Origin: an uncultured Flavobacteriales bacterium
GTDB taxonomy: Bacteria > Bacteroidota > Bacteroidia > Flavobacteriales_D > Sanyastnellaceae
Reading direction: 5' to 3'
Length of the DNA: 58,493 bases
Assembly (NCBI GenBank): GCA_937967465.1
Contig: CALBSW010000046.1
Coordinates: forward strand, 1 to 58,493
This document shows, in pieces, positions 8,957-18,800 of the stretch (positions are counted from its first letter, which is position 1; each line of letters begins with the position of its first letter). The notes under the pieces were generated by a model. The model was not told the origin of the DNA. It saw nothing but the letters and a program-made list of their open reading frames with translations, and made no database searches. The position numbers and the translations under genes were made by a program.

Positions 8957-11455
8957 TCAGTCGGAAATCTCGAAGGTCTCGAGAATCCAGATGTCCTTGG
9001 TGATGGACTGGTTGTTCTTGAAGTAGTAGACGCCGTGTTTGGCGACCGTCTTGCGATAGACGTTGACCTCATTGTCCACACGGACCGTCCGCTCGATGAT
9101 CAGGGCGTTGCCCTCTTCATAACTGCGCTCTTCTACTCCGGGCCGAATGCCCTCCTTGGCTTTGACCTCTTTGTAGTCTTCGCTGGTGAGGGGTTCGCCC
9201 CGGTACTTGCCAGAAGCTTCGCGAAGGGCGGCAGCAGAACGCAGCTTGGCTTCGCCTGAAGCGGCTTGACGCGCCTGTTGATCGGTGCGCTGGACCTCTC
9301 GAACATCGAGCATGTTGTCGAGTCGACGGGCCTCTGAGCCTTGCCCCACTTTCTGGTGATCCCGGGCTTCTCGGAGGACCTCCTCGTAGCGCATGATGCG
9401 GGCATCGACCGAGGCGCGGCGAACATCCCGGTTGAATTCGGAGTAGACGCTCAGCAGTTGGTCCAGGCTGTCCACGAAGGTGGCGTATCGCTTGGTGCGG
9501 TCAAACAAGGCGCGCTGCTGCTGGCGCGTGTCCTGCTCCAAGGTCAGATAGCGATCGCGGCGCAAAGCGTCTGCTCGTTCGGTCACATCCACCGCCCCTT
9601 CCGTCTGGGCTTCGACCTGCAAGTCAAGTCGGGCAATCCGGTCATTGCGCACCAAGGAGGCGTCGTACTCCATTTCAGCTTGACGCGCCGTCCGCTCTTG
9701 GATGTCCAGCCATTGGCCTCCCCTGCGGGCGTGGTGGTTGTCTGTCCACAAGCGGGTCTGCTCCGCATTGCGCTCCGCCACCACCTCGACGGATTGAGCC
9801 CGCGCCCGAATCTCCGCCTCCAATGCGTTTCGATAGTACGCTTCGGCATCGTCCTCCGCACTGCTCTGCAAGGCCAGCAAATAATTGCGACTGCGGTCCT
9901 TGTCGGCGTCCGCTGCAGCTTGTGCCTTGGCGCGGCGGCGGGCCTCCTCTGCCTCTGCCGCTTCGCGTTCGGCATCCAACAAGGCCGACTGTTCCTCAGC
10001 CAGCCGACTGGCCTCCTGCGCTGCCAACTCCGCCGCGAGGGCATCGGCTTCCAGCATGGATTCGGTGTCGACCTCCAAGTCCGCGTCCGGTGCAGCCTCT
10101 TCCATCAGCTTCTCCAACCGGCGCAACCGGTTTTTGGGATAGCGTTCCGAGGGCTTCAACGCGAGGGCAGCTTCGTAGGCTGACTTGGCGCTGGCCCAAT
10201 CCTGTGCATCGAACGCCTGGTCGCCCTCTCGGACACGGTCCTCGTATTCACGGTCCAGGCCGTCCAATTCCGTTGCAGGGCGATCCACTTCTGGAGCGTC
10301 CGTCTGGGTCAGGTCCACGATGCGGCCGTTGGCCTCCGCAATCTGATCGTAGGGGTAGGTCTCGTTTGGAAGAATCAAGGCTGCGCGCTCATACTGAGCG
10401 ATGGCATCGGTGTAATTCTGACGATTGAAGTCCTTGTCCGCTTTGGCGATGACCTTGTCGTACTCTTTCTGTCGGGCGGCCATTTCCGCTGCTTCCGCGG
10501 CGGCGGCGGCATCCTCGTCGGACCCGGCGTCTTCCTGAACCACCTCTTCATCGACATCCTCCTCAGCACCGCCAGTTTCAGCCTCAATTTCGGCGAGCAA
10601 CTCCAACAGGTCTGGGTCGTTTGGCCGGATTTCCTCGGCCGATTCCAATGCCGCAAGCGCACCAGCCCAATCCTTGCGCTTCATCTTGATCTGCCCCTCC
10701 CGCATGAGCCGGCTGAACTCTGCAGCCATCGCCGCCTCTTCCTCGGCTCGGGCCAGGTTTTCGGTGGCCTCCTCGATCATGGATTCTGCGCGGGCATCCC
10801 CAGGCACTTCCTGCAAAGCGCGCTCGAGCCAGTTGATGCTCTGCGCCCACCGCTCACGACCGAATTCAACTTCGGCCTTGCGCATGTGCTCCCTGTAGTC
10901 CTTGTTGTCTGCAGCTGTGGAAGCCCCTCCTCCAGAAGTTGCTGCACTGCCCGCCTCCAGGGCCTCGTTGATGTCGGCTTGAAGGGCCAACGTGTACTCC
11001 ATGTCCCAATCCAACTTCTCCTTGGACGGGTTGAAGGCCACAATGCCGATGGGCTTGTCGAGCAGGGCCGACGGCATGCCTGGTGGCACCTCGAACATGC
11101 TCATGTTGACGTTGAGGAAGAACGTTTCCGTGCGAAACTCCTCGGGGATGGAGGAGGTGTTGACCTCCACTTTTCGCTCGCTCAGATCATCCATCGTGAA
11201 AACGAGGAGGTAGTCCGCACCGTGATCCAACGCCAGATTGTACTTGCCGCTGCCATTGGTCTGCACGGCATCGTAAGGGCTTCCATCCCGCAGCACTTCG
11301 ACGGACACGCCCCTCAGCTTGGCATTGGAATTCTTGTCGGTCACCGTACCATCCACCTCGATGCCCGCCTGTCCCAAAGCCCCAAAGGCCAAGGCACACA
11401 GCACGACCAGAAGGCTACTCCCCTTCCATTTCCTCGTGGTGTTGATCCTGCTCAT
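8957..11455 (-). CDS. Secreted CarboxypepD_reg + TPR + long coiled-coil protein (function unknown)
   Basis: Signal peptide MSRINTTRKWKGSSLLVVLCALAFGALGQA. Ig-like GTVTDKNSNAKLRGVSVEVLRDGS. Four W/Y-x-x-A...YExAL...P TPR-like units. About 350 aa is E/R/A/Q-rich coiled coil. The start is set at ATG 11455. Confidence 0.7.
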   Translation of the reverse strand: MSRINTTRKWKGSSLLVVLCALAFGALGQAGIEVDGTVTDKNSNAKLRGVSVEVLRDGSPYDAVQTNGSGKYNLALDHGADYLLVFTMDDLSERKVEVNTSSIPEEFRTETFFLNVNMSMFEVPPGMPSALLDKPIGIVAFNPSKEKLDWDMEYTLALQADINEALEAGSAATSGGGASTAADNKDYREHMRKAEVEFGRERWAQSINWLERALQEVPGDARAESMIEEATENLARAEEEAAMAAEFSRLMREGQIKMKRKDWAGALAALESAEEIRPNDPDLLELLAEIEAETGGAEEDVDEEVVQEDAGSDEDAAAAAEAAEMAARQKEYDKVIAKADKDFNRQNYTDAIAQYERAALILPNETYPYDQIAEANGRIVDLTQTDAPEVDRPATELDGLDREYEDRVREGDQAFDAQDWASAKSAYEAALALKPSERYPKNRLRRLEKLMEEAAPDADLEVDTESMLEADALAAELAAQEASRLAEEQSALLDAEREAAEAEEARRRAKAQAAADADKDRSRNYLLALQSSAEDDAEAYYRNALEAEIRARAQSVEVVAERNAEQTRLWTDNHHARRGGQWLDIQERTARQAEMEYDASLVRNDRIARLDLQVEAQTEGAVDVTERADALRRDRYLTLEQDTRQQQRALFDRTKRYATFVDSLDQLLSVYSEFNRDVRRASVDARIMRYEEVLREARDHQKVGQGSEARRLDNMLDVREVQRTDQQARQAASGEAKLRSAAALREASGKYRGEPLTSEDYKEVKAKEGIRPGVEERSYEEGNALIIERTVRVDNEVNVYRKTVAKHGVYYFKNNQSITKDIWILETFEISD

Positions 11456-11516
11456 CTTTGTTTCTGGGAATCCAATGGTCTCGAAATAAGGCATTTCCAA
11501 GCAACCAACGCGCGTT

Positions 11517-12701
11517 TTGACGGACTCCTTGCACAAAAATACACCCTTGGGTTACTGGGAACGCGAATCCCTGTTGCGGACCACCAACATCACCATCGTG
11601 GGAGCGGGCATCGTGGGCATGAGCACTGCGCTGTACCTGAGGCGCCTCCGTCCACATGCCGACATCCGCATCGTGGAACGACATCCCCTGGCGGCCGGGG
11701 GCAGTTCGCGAAACGCAGGGTTTGCCTGCTTCGGGAGTGCAGGCGAATGGCTGGATGACTTGGACACGCTGGGGGAGCAGGGGCTCGTTGAGCTCGTCCG
11801 GCAGCGCGCGGAAGGGCTGCGCCACCTCATCGACCTGTTGGGAGAAGACGCCCTCGGCCTAGAATGGAAGGGAGGTTGGGAATTGTTCCGTTCTGAAGAC
11901 GAGCAGCTTGCCGCCCGTGCCCTCCAAGCCCTCCCCCGACTCAACGACCTGCTGCAGCCCGTTTTGAAAGAGGTCCTCTCGGACATTCGTCCTTCAGCGC
12001 AAGACATGCCTGCTTTGCAGCCTGACGCGGCGCGGGCAGCCCAATTGGGTGCATCCACGGCGATTCACCTCCCGTGGGAGGGCATGCTGCATACGGGACG
12101 GATGATCGCCGCCTTTCACCGCGCCTTGGATGCTGCCCATGTCCAACGCCTGCATGGCGTCACAGTCCGCGGCTGGACGGCCGAACCCAGTGGGTCAGGA
12201 TGGATTCTGGACACGGACCTCGCCCCCTTGTCCACAGAAATGCTGGCCATCTGCTGCAACGGGTTTGCTGGCGATCTCCTGCACGACTTGGACGTCCGTC
12301 CCGTCCCCAACCGTGTACTCGTGCTCAAGGGACAACCGGACGCCCTGCCGGAAGGCACGTACCACCTCAATCGAGGATACCTCTACATGCGCTCCTTGCG
12401 CCCCGGAGAATACCTGTTTGGCGGCGGACGGCACTGGAACTTGGACCTCCCCCTCTCCGGGTCGCACAACATCGAATCCGCTTGGGACCAACAACTCTTG
12501 AAGGCGGCGGAGGATTGGATTCAAGGCCCACTGGAAGTGACCCACCGCTGGACCGGGTGGCTCGGGGTGGGCGATACCCGGGAGCCCCTGGTTGGACAAA
12601 CGGCTTCCGGTCTTCACCACGCCGTGAGAATGGGGGGCATGGGCGTGGCCATCGGAACGGGCATCGGACACCAACTCGCCCACCAGATGCATTCGGAGTA
12701 A
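11517..12701 (+). CDS. FAD-dependent oxidoreductase (DAO/glycine-oxidase-like family)
   Basis: The dinucleotide-binding motif ITIVGAGIVGMSTALYL lies near the N-terminus. Length is typical of the DAO family. The start is a TTG and is uncertain. Confidence 0.75.
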   Translation: MTDSLHKNTPLGYWERESLLRTTNITIVGAGIVGMSTALYLRRLRPHADIRIVERHPLAAGGSSRNAGFACFGSAGEWLDDLDTLGEQGLVELVRQRAEGLRHLIDLLGEDALGLEWKGGWELFRSEDEQLAARALQALPRLNDLLQPVLKEVLSDIRPSAQDMPALQPDAARAAQLGASTAIHLPWEGMLHTGRMIAAFHRALDAAHVQRLHGVTVRGWTAEPSGSGWILDTDLAPLSTEMLAICCNGFAGDLLHDLDVRPVPNRVLVLKGQPDALPEGTYHLNRGYLYMRSLRPGEYLFGGGRHWNLDLPLSGSHNIESAWDQQLLKAAEDWIQGPLEVTHRWTGWLGVGDTREPLVGQTASGLHHAVRMGGMGVAIGTGIGHQLAHQMHSE

Positions 12702-12743
12702 CCTTTTCTCGGAGCATGACGTAAGGGGCGACAACTCCACATC

Positions 12744-14708
12744 ATGTTCCATACGTTCCAACCCCTTCAATCCTGGTTCCACAGCCGCGCTGTGGCCTTT
12801 GGATGGATGCTGCTTCTGATTCCGTTTGGTGTCTTCGGGCAGAATGAAACTGCACCTGGAATCCTGCACGCCGGACTGCAATCCGGTCCTGTGGCGCTTC
12901 AAACGGAGCACTCACAATCTGTGGGTGCACACCACTTGGGCAACACTGGGTACGGTCACGCCGTCTCCATTCAGGCGCAATGGCAAGGTCCTTGGGAAGT
13001 GGAATTCCAAGCCGCTCGGGGACATGTGGTGACCGATGATGGTGGCCTCAACGGTGTGCGCACGGAAATTCAAAGCGCCTCCGTGATGGTGAACCGCACC
13101 CTCGGCGGACAAGAAACCCAGCGCGCCAGCACACGGAATGTCCGGATGACCCAAGGTTTCCAACCCTTTGTGGGCATTGGTATTGCGCATGTGGACCACC
13201 TGACGAAGCAAGACCTTGAAGACCACCAAGGCCGCCGCTACCACCAGTGGTCGGACGGCACCCTGCGGGACCGTCCGGAAGCTGGTGATCACGATGGCAA
13301 CGCCCCCATCCTGCGCCGGGACTACACCTACGAAAGCGAACTTGAAGGAGGGGCCTTGCCCAGTCAGCGCAGCTTGGCCATCCCTGCTCAAATCGGCGTT
13401 CGACTCGATGTCAGTCCGCGGGTTCGGACCCGTTTTGGCGTGGGCGGATGGCTCGGCTTGAACGACGGCGTCGATGGACGGACCGGCGGCCGTGTGCTGT
13501 CGGGAGATGCCCTGGCCAGCGGGTTTGTCGGCATCGGCATCCGACTTGGCAAACTCGACAAGAAGCCCCAACCCGCACCATCCCACGGATACGCCATTCA
13601 CGACGCTGCCTTGCTCGCCAGCATGGACACCGACGGCGACGGCGTGAACAACCTCCGTGACCGCTGTCCAGGAACGCCAAAAGGCGCCATGGTGGACGCG
13701 ACCGGATGTGCCCTCGATTCGGATGGAGACGGGTATGCCGACTACCGGGATGCTGAACCTCATTCCAAGCACACGCTGGTGAATGCCCAAGGCGTGGCCA
13801 TCGACCCCTACTTGACGCACCCAGCTGATTGGGACACCGTTCGAGGACAAGTGGCATCCGATCCAGCCGACCTCTTCGGGTACACCCTGCGTGTCCCCAA
13901 GCCGGAGAAGGGCTGGACCGAGGCGGAGCAGCACTCCTTGCTTGCCTTTGAGCACCTCAAGGAGACTTCCGAAGCCATCGAAATCCACGTTGGCGACAAT
14001 CCCGAGGCGGCAGACATGGCCGCCAAGGCACTGGAGACGCAAGGCTTGACGCCGGAAATCGTCACGCCAGAGGTCACAGAGGCGACAGAGACAGCCAATG
14101 CCGGGTCTGCAGACTCAGAGGCCACCCCTTCGACTCCTTCCGTGCTCGATGGACCGGAGACAGCGCACTTCCGGGTTCAACTCGGCGCTTTCAAGACGCC
14201 ACAAGAGGATGAGCTCGACGCCCTGTTCGCCGGAATGGACGTGGTGCGCTTCAAGGGAGACGACGGTCTGACCCGAGTCGTGTCCCAAGCCTTCCAGGAT
14301 CGGGATGCCGCAAACGCGTTCAAAAAGGACATGGAGAAACGTGGTTTCGTGGGGGCTTTCCTGACGGCCCACGGCGGCCAGGCCACCCCGGCCACCACCC
14401 GCCAACAGGAGTCCGACTCCCCGCAATTCGACGCGGAGAAAGTCCGCTTCCGGATTCAGCTCGGCGCCTTGAAGGACCGCGTGGCCACGGACGCCATGGA
14501 CGCCTTCTTGGCTGTGGGCCAAGTGGAACACCGCGCCGCTCCGGGATGGCACCGCTACCTGCAGGGCAACTACGACACGTTGGACGACGCCCGTGCCGCA
14601 TTGCCCAGCATCCAGGAAGCCGGATTCGCTGACGCCTTTGTGGTGGGCGATGTGGCCGGTCGGGTTGTGCCTGCTGCTGAGGCCCTCATTCTGACCCAGC
14701 AGGACTGA
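12744..14708 (+). CDS. Outer-membrane protein: N-terminal beta-barrel-like region + thrombospondin type-3 (Ca-binding) repeats + two C-terminal SPOR domains
   Basis: TSP3 repeats DTDGDGVNNLRDRCPGTPKG...DSDGDGYADYRDAEP. SPOR-like units FRVQLGAFKTPQEDELD...GFVGAFL and FRIQLGALKDRVA...GFADAFVV. Confidence 0.75.
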   Translation: MFHTFQPLQSWFHSRAVAFGWMLLLIPFGVFGQNETAPGILHAGLQSGPVALQTEHSQSVGAHHLGNTGYGHAVSIQAQWQGPWEVEFQAARGHVVTDDGGLNGVRTEIQSASVMVNRTLGGQETQRASTRNVRMTQGFQPFVGIGIAHVDHLTKQDLEDHQGRRYHQWSDGTLRDRPEAGDHDGNAPILRRDYTYESELEGGALPSQRSLAIPAQIGVRLDVSPRVRTRFGVGGWLGLNDGVDGRTGGRVLSGDALASGFVGIGIRLGKLDKKPQPAPSHGYAIHDAALLASMDTDGDGVNNLRDRCPGTPKGAMVDATGCALDSDGDGYADYRDAEPHSKHTLVNAQGVAIDPYLTHPADWDTVRGQVASDPADLFGYTLRVPKPEKGWTEAEQHSLLAFEHLKETSEAIEIHVGDNPEAADMAAKALETQGLTPEIVTPEVTEATETANAGSADSEATPSTPSVLDGPETAHFRVQLGAFKTPQEDELDALFAGMDVVRFKGDDGLTRVVSQAFQDRDAANAFKKDMEKRGFVGAFLTAHGGQATPATTRQQESDSPQFDAEKVRFRIQLGALKDRVATDAMDAFLAVGQVEHRAAPGWHRYLQGNYDTLDDARAALPSIQEAGFADAFVVGDVAGRVVPAAEALILTQQD

Positions 14709-16284
14709 CCAACGCGTCTGCAACCGCATCGGCGACCCGCATGCCATCCATGGCTGCGGAGACGATGCCGCCAGCATAGCCGGCGCCCTCTCCACAGGGG
14801 TACAGTCCTGGTGCGCCCGGCATGGTCAGGGAGTCTCGATCCCGTTGCATGCGCACCGGGCTGGACGTGCGGCTCTCCGGAGCCACCACGATGGCCTCCG
14901 GGTGCAGGTATCCCGGCATTTTTCGATCGAAATCGCGGATGCCCGCAATCAATCGCTCTGCGATGAAGGGCGGCAAGACCCGGGTCAGGTCGACTGAAGT
15001 CAAGCCGGCGAGATAGCTGCAGTCCGGGAGGTCTGTGCTCTTTCGTCGCGCCACGAAATCGGTCAGCCGTTGGGCGGGCGCCTTTTGCCCACCACCGCCC
15101 GCTGCATGGCACGCGTGTTCGACGGAGCGCTGGAATGCCAGCGCACCCAGCGGTCCGGTGAAACCGTGTGCGTCAAGCTCCTCTTCTTCGACGGTGGTCA
15201 CAATGCCGCTGTTGGCCCACCGGTTGTTGCGCTTCGAAGGGCTCCAACCGTTGGTCACGATTTCACCATCCTCCGTGGCACAAGGAGCCACCACCCCTCC
15301 CGGGCACATGCAAAAGGAGAAGACCCCACCTCCTTGGACCTGCGTCACGAGTGAATACGCCGCAGGTGGCAAATGGGCTGACGCTGCCGTTTGCCCCTCG
15401 GACAGGCGATACTGACGCTGATCCACCCAGGACTGAGGGTGTTCAATCCTGACACCCAGTGCAAACGGTTTGCGCTCCATGGCCAGACCCGCCTCGTGCA
15501 TCCATTGGAACACATCCCGTGCCCCATGCCCGGTCGCCACGACCACCGCATCCGCGGCCACTTCCCCCTCCGTGGTCAACACGCCGCGCACCCGGCCATC
15601 CGTGTCTCTGCGAACGCCGTTGACCCGAACATCAAACCGCACCTCACCGCCACAGGCGCGGATCCGCTCGCGCATGGCCTCGATGATGCCCGGCAACTTG
15701 TTGGTTCCGATGTGCGGATGGGTGTCCACCAGAATGTCCGGGTCGGCACCGTGCTCGACCAGCCACCCCAAAGCCGTGAACCAGGCCCCGCGTTTTTTGG
15801 CCCGGGTGTACAGCTTCCCATCGGAATAGGTCCCTGCTCCCCCCTCTCCAAAACAATAATTGGACTCCGGGTCCACCGCCCCATTTCGGATGAGCTGGAC
15901 GAGGTCCCTGCGCCGGTCGCGCACGGTCTTGCCGCGCTCGAGGACAATGGGTCGAATCCCGCGCTCGATGAGGCGCAAGGCACAATACAGCCCCGCCGGA
16001 CCTGCGCCCACCACGATGGCCTCTCGCGCGTCGGCCACAGATTGCCAATGGCCTTTCTGAACTGGCACTGGCCCTGCATCCAGCCCCACTTTCATCTCCA
16101 CCATGGCCGGCCGCCGCCGGGCATCCAAGCTCCGGCGCAAAACGGTCCACGACTCAAAATCCGATGTCTGCTTCCGCACCGCCCGCTCAATCGCATCCGG
16201 GTCAGAAGCGAGGGATGGCGCGACGCGAACGACGACGGACCGGTCACTGGACGGACGTGGAGAAACCGAAGTGGCGTTGTTCAT
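14686..16284 (-). CDS. NAD(FAD)-utilising dehydrogenase (COG2509-type FAD-dependent protein)
   Basis: IVVGAGPAGLYCALRLIERGIRPIVLERGK...NYCFGEGGAGTYSDGKLYTR. ATG at 16284 is preferred over GTG at 16311. Confidence 0.8.
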   Translation of the reverse strand: MNNATSVSPRPSSDRSVVVRVAPSLASDPDAIERAVRKQTSDFESWTVLRRSLDARRRPAMVEMKVGLDAGPVPVQKGHWQSVADAREAIVVGAGPAGLYCALRLIERGIRPIVLERGKTVRDRRRDLVQLIRNGAVDPESNYCFGEGGAGTYSDGKLYTRAKKRGAWFTALGWLVEHGADPDILVDTHPHIGTNKLPGIIEAMRERIRACGGEVRFDVRVNGVRRDTDGRVRGVLTTEGEVAADAVVVATGHGARDVFQWMHEAGLAMERKPFALGVRIEHPQSWVDQRQYRLSEGQTAASAHLPPAAYSLVTQVQGGGVFSFCMCPGGVVAPCATEDGEIVTNGWSPSKRNNRWANSGIVTTVEEEELDAHGFTGPLGALAFQRSVEHACHAAGGGGQKAPAQRLTDFVARRKSTDLPDCSYLAGLTSVDLTRVLPPFIAERLIAGIRDFDRKMPGYLHPEAIVVAPESRTSSPVRMQRDRDSLTMPGAPGLYPCGEGAGYAGGIVSAAMDGMRVADAVADALVSPAGSE

Positions 16285-16336
16285 TTCCGAGGGCAAATTA
16301 CGCCCACCCACCCCCTGAAGGGCGTTGGACCGCGAC

Positions 16337-16344
16337 TAGATTTG
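16337..16344 (+). promoter_or_regulatory. Perfect TAnnTTTG box (TAGATTTG), 4 nt upstream of the E1 ATG
   Basis: Sequence is ctagatttggtgcATG. Confidence 0.45.
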
Positions 16345-16348
16345 GTGC

Positions 16349-18367
16349 ATGTCGAACCCCGACGTCCCCGAGCTGCGCATCGAAAGCCGCGGCATATCCG
16401 AAGACCAACAACTCGCGTTGCTCGACCGGCTGTTGCTGCCGCGGCTCATCGAAGAGAAGATGCTCAGTTTGCTCCGGCAGGGGCGCATCAGCAAGTGGTT
16501 CTCCGGCATGGGTCAGGAAGCCATTTCCGTCGGATGCACCGCCGCCATGGAAGCCGACGAGTTCATCCTGCCGATGCACCGCAACCTGGGGGTCTTCACC
16601 ACGCGTGACATCGCGCTCGAGACCTTGTTTGCCCAATTCCAAGGCAAGGCCTCGGGCTTCACGCAAGGCCATGACCGCAGCTTCCACTTTGGCAGCATGC
16701 CGCACCACATCGTGGGCATGATCAGCCACCTGGGACCCCAACTGGGCATTGCCGATGGCATTGCGCTGGCCTCCAAACTTCGGGGAAGCGGCAAGGCCAC
16801 CCTCGTCTTCACGGGCGATGGCGCCACCAGCGAGGGCGACTTTCACGAATCCCTGAACGTGGCTGCTGTGTGGCAGTTGCCCGTTCTGTTTTGCATTGAA
16901 AGCAACCACTGGGGCTTGTCCACTCCGAGCCGGGACCAGTTCCGCTGTGCCCAATTCATCGACAAGGCGGCAGGGTACGGCATTCCCCCGGAAGACGCCA
17001 TTCGCGTCAACGGCAACGACATCCTGGAGGTGTACGACACCGTTCGCAAAGCCGCAGCGTCCGTGCGCGAGAACCCGCGGCCCATTCTGCTGGAATTCGA
17101 CACCTTCCGCAGACGCGGTCACGAAGAGGCGAGCGGCACCAAGTATTACCCTGAGGGCTTGATTGAAGCCTGGGAGCAGAACGACCCAGTGGACCGTTTT
17201 GTGGAGTTCCTGTTGGCCAACGGAACGTTGGACGAAGGCCGCCTGGAGGCCATGAAAGAGGAGCACAAGACGGCCATTCAACGCGCGCTCAAAACCGCGG
17301 AGGCCGAGCCCGATGTCACTGCGGATCGCGAGGCGGAATTGCAACGACTCTTCCGGAACGACGTGGTCCCCACCCGGGCCATGGGGTCCGAGCATCGCGA
17401 GCTCCGGTTCATCGATGCCGTCTCGGAGGGCTTGCGCCAAGCCATGGAGCGTCACCCGGAGCTGGTCCTCATGGGACAGGACATCGGCCCTTACGGCGGT
17501 GTGTTCAAGGTCACCGATGGGTTCATCGACCAATTCGGCGAAGGCCGCGTCCGCAGCACCCCCCTGTGTGAAAGCGCCATTGTCGGCGCGGGACTGGGGC
17601 TGTCCATCGCTGGCGCCAAGGCCATGGTGGAGATGCAATTCGCAGACTTCGTGACCTGCGGATTCAATCAAATCGTCAACAACCTCGCCAAGCTCCATTG
17701 GCGCTGGGGACAGAACGCCGACGTGGTGGTGCGCATGCCGACAGGTGCGGGTGTGGCCGCCGGCCCCTTCCACAGCCAAAGCAACGAGGCTTGGTTCTTT
17801 CATGTTCCCGGGCTCATGCTCGCCTATCCGGCATTCCCTGAGGACGCCAAGGGCCTGCTCGCCACGGCCATCGACACCCCCAACCCAGTTCTCTTCTTCG
17901 AGCACAAAGCCTTGTACCGCAGCTTGAGTGGCGAGGTGCCCACCAACGATTACAGCTTGCCCTTCGGCGAAGCCCGACTGATCGGCGAAGCCGTGGACGC
18001 GGTCATCGTGACCTACGGCATGGGGGTGCATTGGGCGCTCGCACAAGCGGAACGCCTTCGCGAAAACTCGGGCGTGCACATCGGCGTCTTGGACCTGCGT
18101 ACCCTGGCGCCGCTGGATTGGGAACAGGTGTATGCCGTTTCCCGACAAGCGGGCCGCGTGATGGTCCTGCACGAAGACAACCTCACGGGGGGCATCGGGG
18201 CCGAAATCACCGCCCGCATCCAGTCTGCCTGTTTCGAGCACCTCGACGCGCCCGTGCGCCGTGTGGCCTCGCTGGACACGCCCATCCCCTTTGCGCCCAA
18301 CCTGGAGGCCGCCTATCTGGCCACGCATCAATTGGAAGCCGAGCTCGACGCCTTGTTGGCTTACTGA
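16349..18367 (+). CDS. 2-oxoacid (branched-chain/2-oxoisovalerate-type) dehydrogenase E1 component, fused alpha+beta subunits, TPP-dependent
   Basis: The alpha-like half has FTGDGATSEGDFHESLNVAAVWQLPVLF. The beta-like half has RFIDAVSEGL...DIGPYGGVFKVTDGF...RVRSTPLCESAIVGAGLG. The 672-aa fusion is typical of Bacteroidota. Confidence 0.9.
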   Translation: MSNPDVPELRIESRGISEDQQLALLDRLLLPRLIEEKMLSLLRQGRISKWFSGMGQEAISVGCTAAMEADEFILPMHRNLGVFTTRDIALETLFAQFQGKASGFTQGHDRSFHFGSMPHHIVGMISHLGPQLGIADGIALASKLRGSGKATLVFTGDGATSEGDFHESLNVAAVWQLPVLFCIESNHWGLSTPSRDQFRCAQFIDKAAGYGIPPEDAIRVNGNDILEVYDTVRKAAASVRENPRPILLEFDTFRRRGHEEASGTKYYPEGLIEAWEQNDPVDRFVEFLLANGTLDEGRLEAMKEEHKTAIQRALKTAEAEPDVTADREAELQRLFRNDVVPTRAMGSEHRELRFIDAVSEGLRQAMERHPELVLMGQDIGPYGGVFKVTDGFIDQFGEGRVRSTPLCESAIVGAGLGLSIAGAKAMVEMQFADFVTCGFNQIVNNLAKLHWRWGQNADVVVRMPTGAGVAAGPFHSQSNEAWFFHVPGLMLAYPAFPEDAKGLLATAIDTPNPVLFFEHKALYRSLSGEVPTNDYSLPFGEARLIGEAVDAVIVTYGMGVHWALAQAERLRENSGVHIGVLDLRTLAPLDWEQVYAVSRQAGRVMVLHEDNLTGGIGAEITARIQSACFEHLDAPVRRVASLDTPIPFAPNLEAAYLATHQLEAELDALLAY

Positions 18368-18430
18368 CTTTCCCACATCGCGCCCACATCAGAGCGAAAC
18401 GGCGTTCATCCGTGGTAAGTTGATGGCGTG

Positions 18431-18784
18431 ATGGGCCGAACCGAATCTCGCCGTGCCGTGCGCGCCTTGTTCCTGGATGCATTGGAGCAATGCCAGCGCC
18501 ACATGGATGCTTGTCCTCAGGGGCGAGAGGAGTTGGGCATGATCGCCCGCCACATTCATACCGTGGAGGAGGAATTGGAACTGCGCTTTGCCTGGGCGGA
18601 CCGCTCCAACCTCGAGCACGACACCCTCATCCAACATGCGACGGCCCACACCATGGAGTGGCAACGGCGCATGCAGGAGATTCGACAGCGCTACCCCTTG
18701 GGCAGCACGCTCGAACTTCTCCCGAATTGGCCGACCCAAGCCAAGGCATCCACGGGATCCACTTCTGCGGGCCGAGTTTCTTGA
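18431..18784 (+). CDS. Small hypothetical helical protein
   Basis: GC3 is high and the ORF fits the gap between flanking genes. I recognise no motif. The competing minus-strand ORF overlaps the next real gene. Confidence 0.4.
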   Translation: MGRTESRRAVRALFLDALEQCQRHMDACPQGREELGMIARHIHTVEEELELRFAWADRSNLEHDTLIQHATAHTMEWQRRMQEIRQRYPLGSTLELLPNWPTQAKASTGSTSAGRVS

Positions 18785-18800
18785 ATTGAATCTGTGCCGT

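Noticed and set aside
10495-10512. A (GCG)n simple repeat.
   Set aside because: It is in frame within the coiled-coil protein and encodes a short poly-Ala (AAAAA) run. It is too short to count as a notable microsatellite.
16298-18376. A 692-aa ORF on the minus strand covering the whole E1 dehydrogenase gene, and longer than the sense gene.
   Set aside because: It is the codon-aligned antisense frame (18376-16349+1 is a multiple of 3). In that frame, stops arise only opposite sense TTA/CTA/TCA codons, which are nearly absent at this GC3. Its translation is low-complexity and G/A/R/V-rich with no motifs. The sense strand has unambiguous E1 alpha/beta signatures.
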